A program made the position numbers and the translations under genes. Shown in pieces: positions 62,639 through 64,000 of a DNA stretch of 64,000 bases. Below the pieces are notes generated by a model that saw nothing but the letters and a program-made list of their open reading frames with translations, made no database searches and was not told the origin of the DNA. Position 1 is the first letter of the stretch, and each line of letters begins with the position of its first letter. Origin of the DNA: Macrostomum lignano (lineage: Eukaryota); contig NIVC01002447.1 of assembly GCA_002269645.1 (NCBI GenBank), positions 62,001 through 126,000 of the forward strand, written 5' to 3'.

Positions 62639-64000
62639 GAAGTTCTTGGAGATCGATATAAAAAATGAATAACAAGTATTTAAAAAATTGCAAGCTGTTG
62701 AAACCCGCGGAATTTGAACCCGGGGAATTCCAATCCCCGAAACTATTTTTGCATGTATTCTGAAATCCGAGCCCATACTGAAACGAAAACTTGTTAATAG
62801 TTAGTTAGTAGGATAAAGGTAAACAAAATGGAGTACATTCGCAGTTGTAGTTGACAACTACAGGGTTGTACCTTGTAGAGTGCAGACGTAAGTTCTAAAA
62901 ATAAAACCCATGCCATGCATTCCACACATGCTTTACTTTTCGCATTGGTCTCTCTTTCCGCTTTGGCAACCCCAATCAACCATTAATAGAAAATTCTGCC
63001 TATAAATAGAAAATCTGCGGGTTCCCTTCTAGAAGGGAATATTCTAGAATATCCCAGAATATTCCATGGATTTCCGAGTACTACCGTATACCACAAAAGG
63101 TATATAAACAGCCGATTCACACCGCACCTCGCCCCGCCTTACCCTGCCCGCTCCGCCTCGTCACCCGACAGTCATATATATATAATATATATATTATCAT
63201 ATTATTTAGATTTGCTTATTATGGCTTCCAGAATACTTACTCTAATTAAAAGCATCAATAGTAAAGACCCGTCTAGCACAGAAATCACTATATCGAATGT
63301 TGCGGAAAATGAGAAAGTGTCCTTGATGAAAGCTCTAGAGCAAATAGACAAGTCGTCAGCAAAGAAAGAAAAAACTGGTAGCGATAGAAATTCTGACAAA
63401 GAGAAAGAACGCCGCGAAGTTCGCTTCATCGCTCGATTAAAGGAGAAGATTAGTAACATACACGTACAAAATGAAGAAATTATCATCAGAACTCGCTAAG
63501 ACTTTTTGCTTATTATTTTTACTATCTTAACTTTAACTTTATCTTAATCTTAACTTTGTGAAACCGATCAAAATTAGTTGAGGCTTTCATGCAGTCTGTT
63601 GAGGGTTTTGAGAATAGCTAGAGACAAACCTATTGACCTTATTCACATTATGATTCCATATTATTCTCTTTAGATTTGGAAACGCGAGAAATATGTGTCT
63701 TGGCCCTGTCCAAGCTGACGAGGGCAGTATGCATCTTCAATTTAACGCGTTAGAATAATTCGTTGCCGACCTTTAAGTGCTTGCCTGTTTGGCTAGGAAA
63801 AAGCAAGCTGAAGTGTTGACGGTGATAAAATATCATCTTGGGCTTTCCACCGAAGAAACTGCCAGGCGTCTCGGCATTCCAACCAAGATCAGGCAGCGCT
63901 TGTTCACATTTCATTCGCTGATGATGAAGTACCCGAACATTGTTTTCTCGGGGTACAGCTTTGAGAAGCTCCTCACCTTCAAAAGAACGATTGAGCAAGA

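Noticed and set aside
63750-63998. Minus-strand ORF at the window edge
   Set aside because: Truncated, with no recognisable motif.

Overview
Eukaryotic (metazoan) genomic DNA. The GT-AG introns, dense minisatellites and GC3-rich exons resemble a flatworm such as Macrostomum, but this is inference only. Bases 1-22 kb are about 17 unrelated tandem-repeat arrays around one long GC-rich host ORF (11786-13453, minus). Bases 23.8-64 kb are a nest of transposons. A ~23.8-kb EnSpm/CACTA element (23769-47529; 15-bp TIRs, TT TSD) has its own transposase and a divergent four-exon DUF4806-like gene. It carries a 56-bp satellite, an intron-containing Tc1 transposase, a THAP/P-type transposase, a solo LTR and a young, complete Ty3/Gypsy element (31556-40086). 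That Gypsy element is the highlight: in the env position it has a third ORF encoding an HPD-type J-domain, an acidic linker and a helical domain I tentatively align to TFIIS-N/LEDGF-IBD bundles. It also shows a canonical -1 frameshift signal, a tRNA-Lys PBS and candidate subgenomic splice sites. To the right lie a Mag-like Gypsy element (47586-52118), Polinton-type pPolB fragments, degenerate Gypsy pieces and a tRNA-derived head. Many frameshifts are 1-bp losses in base runs and may be assembly errors. All domain calls are by eye, with no database search.
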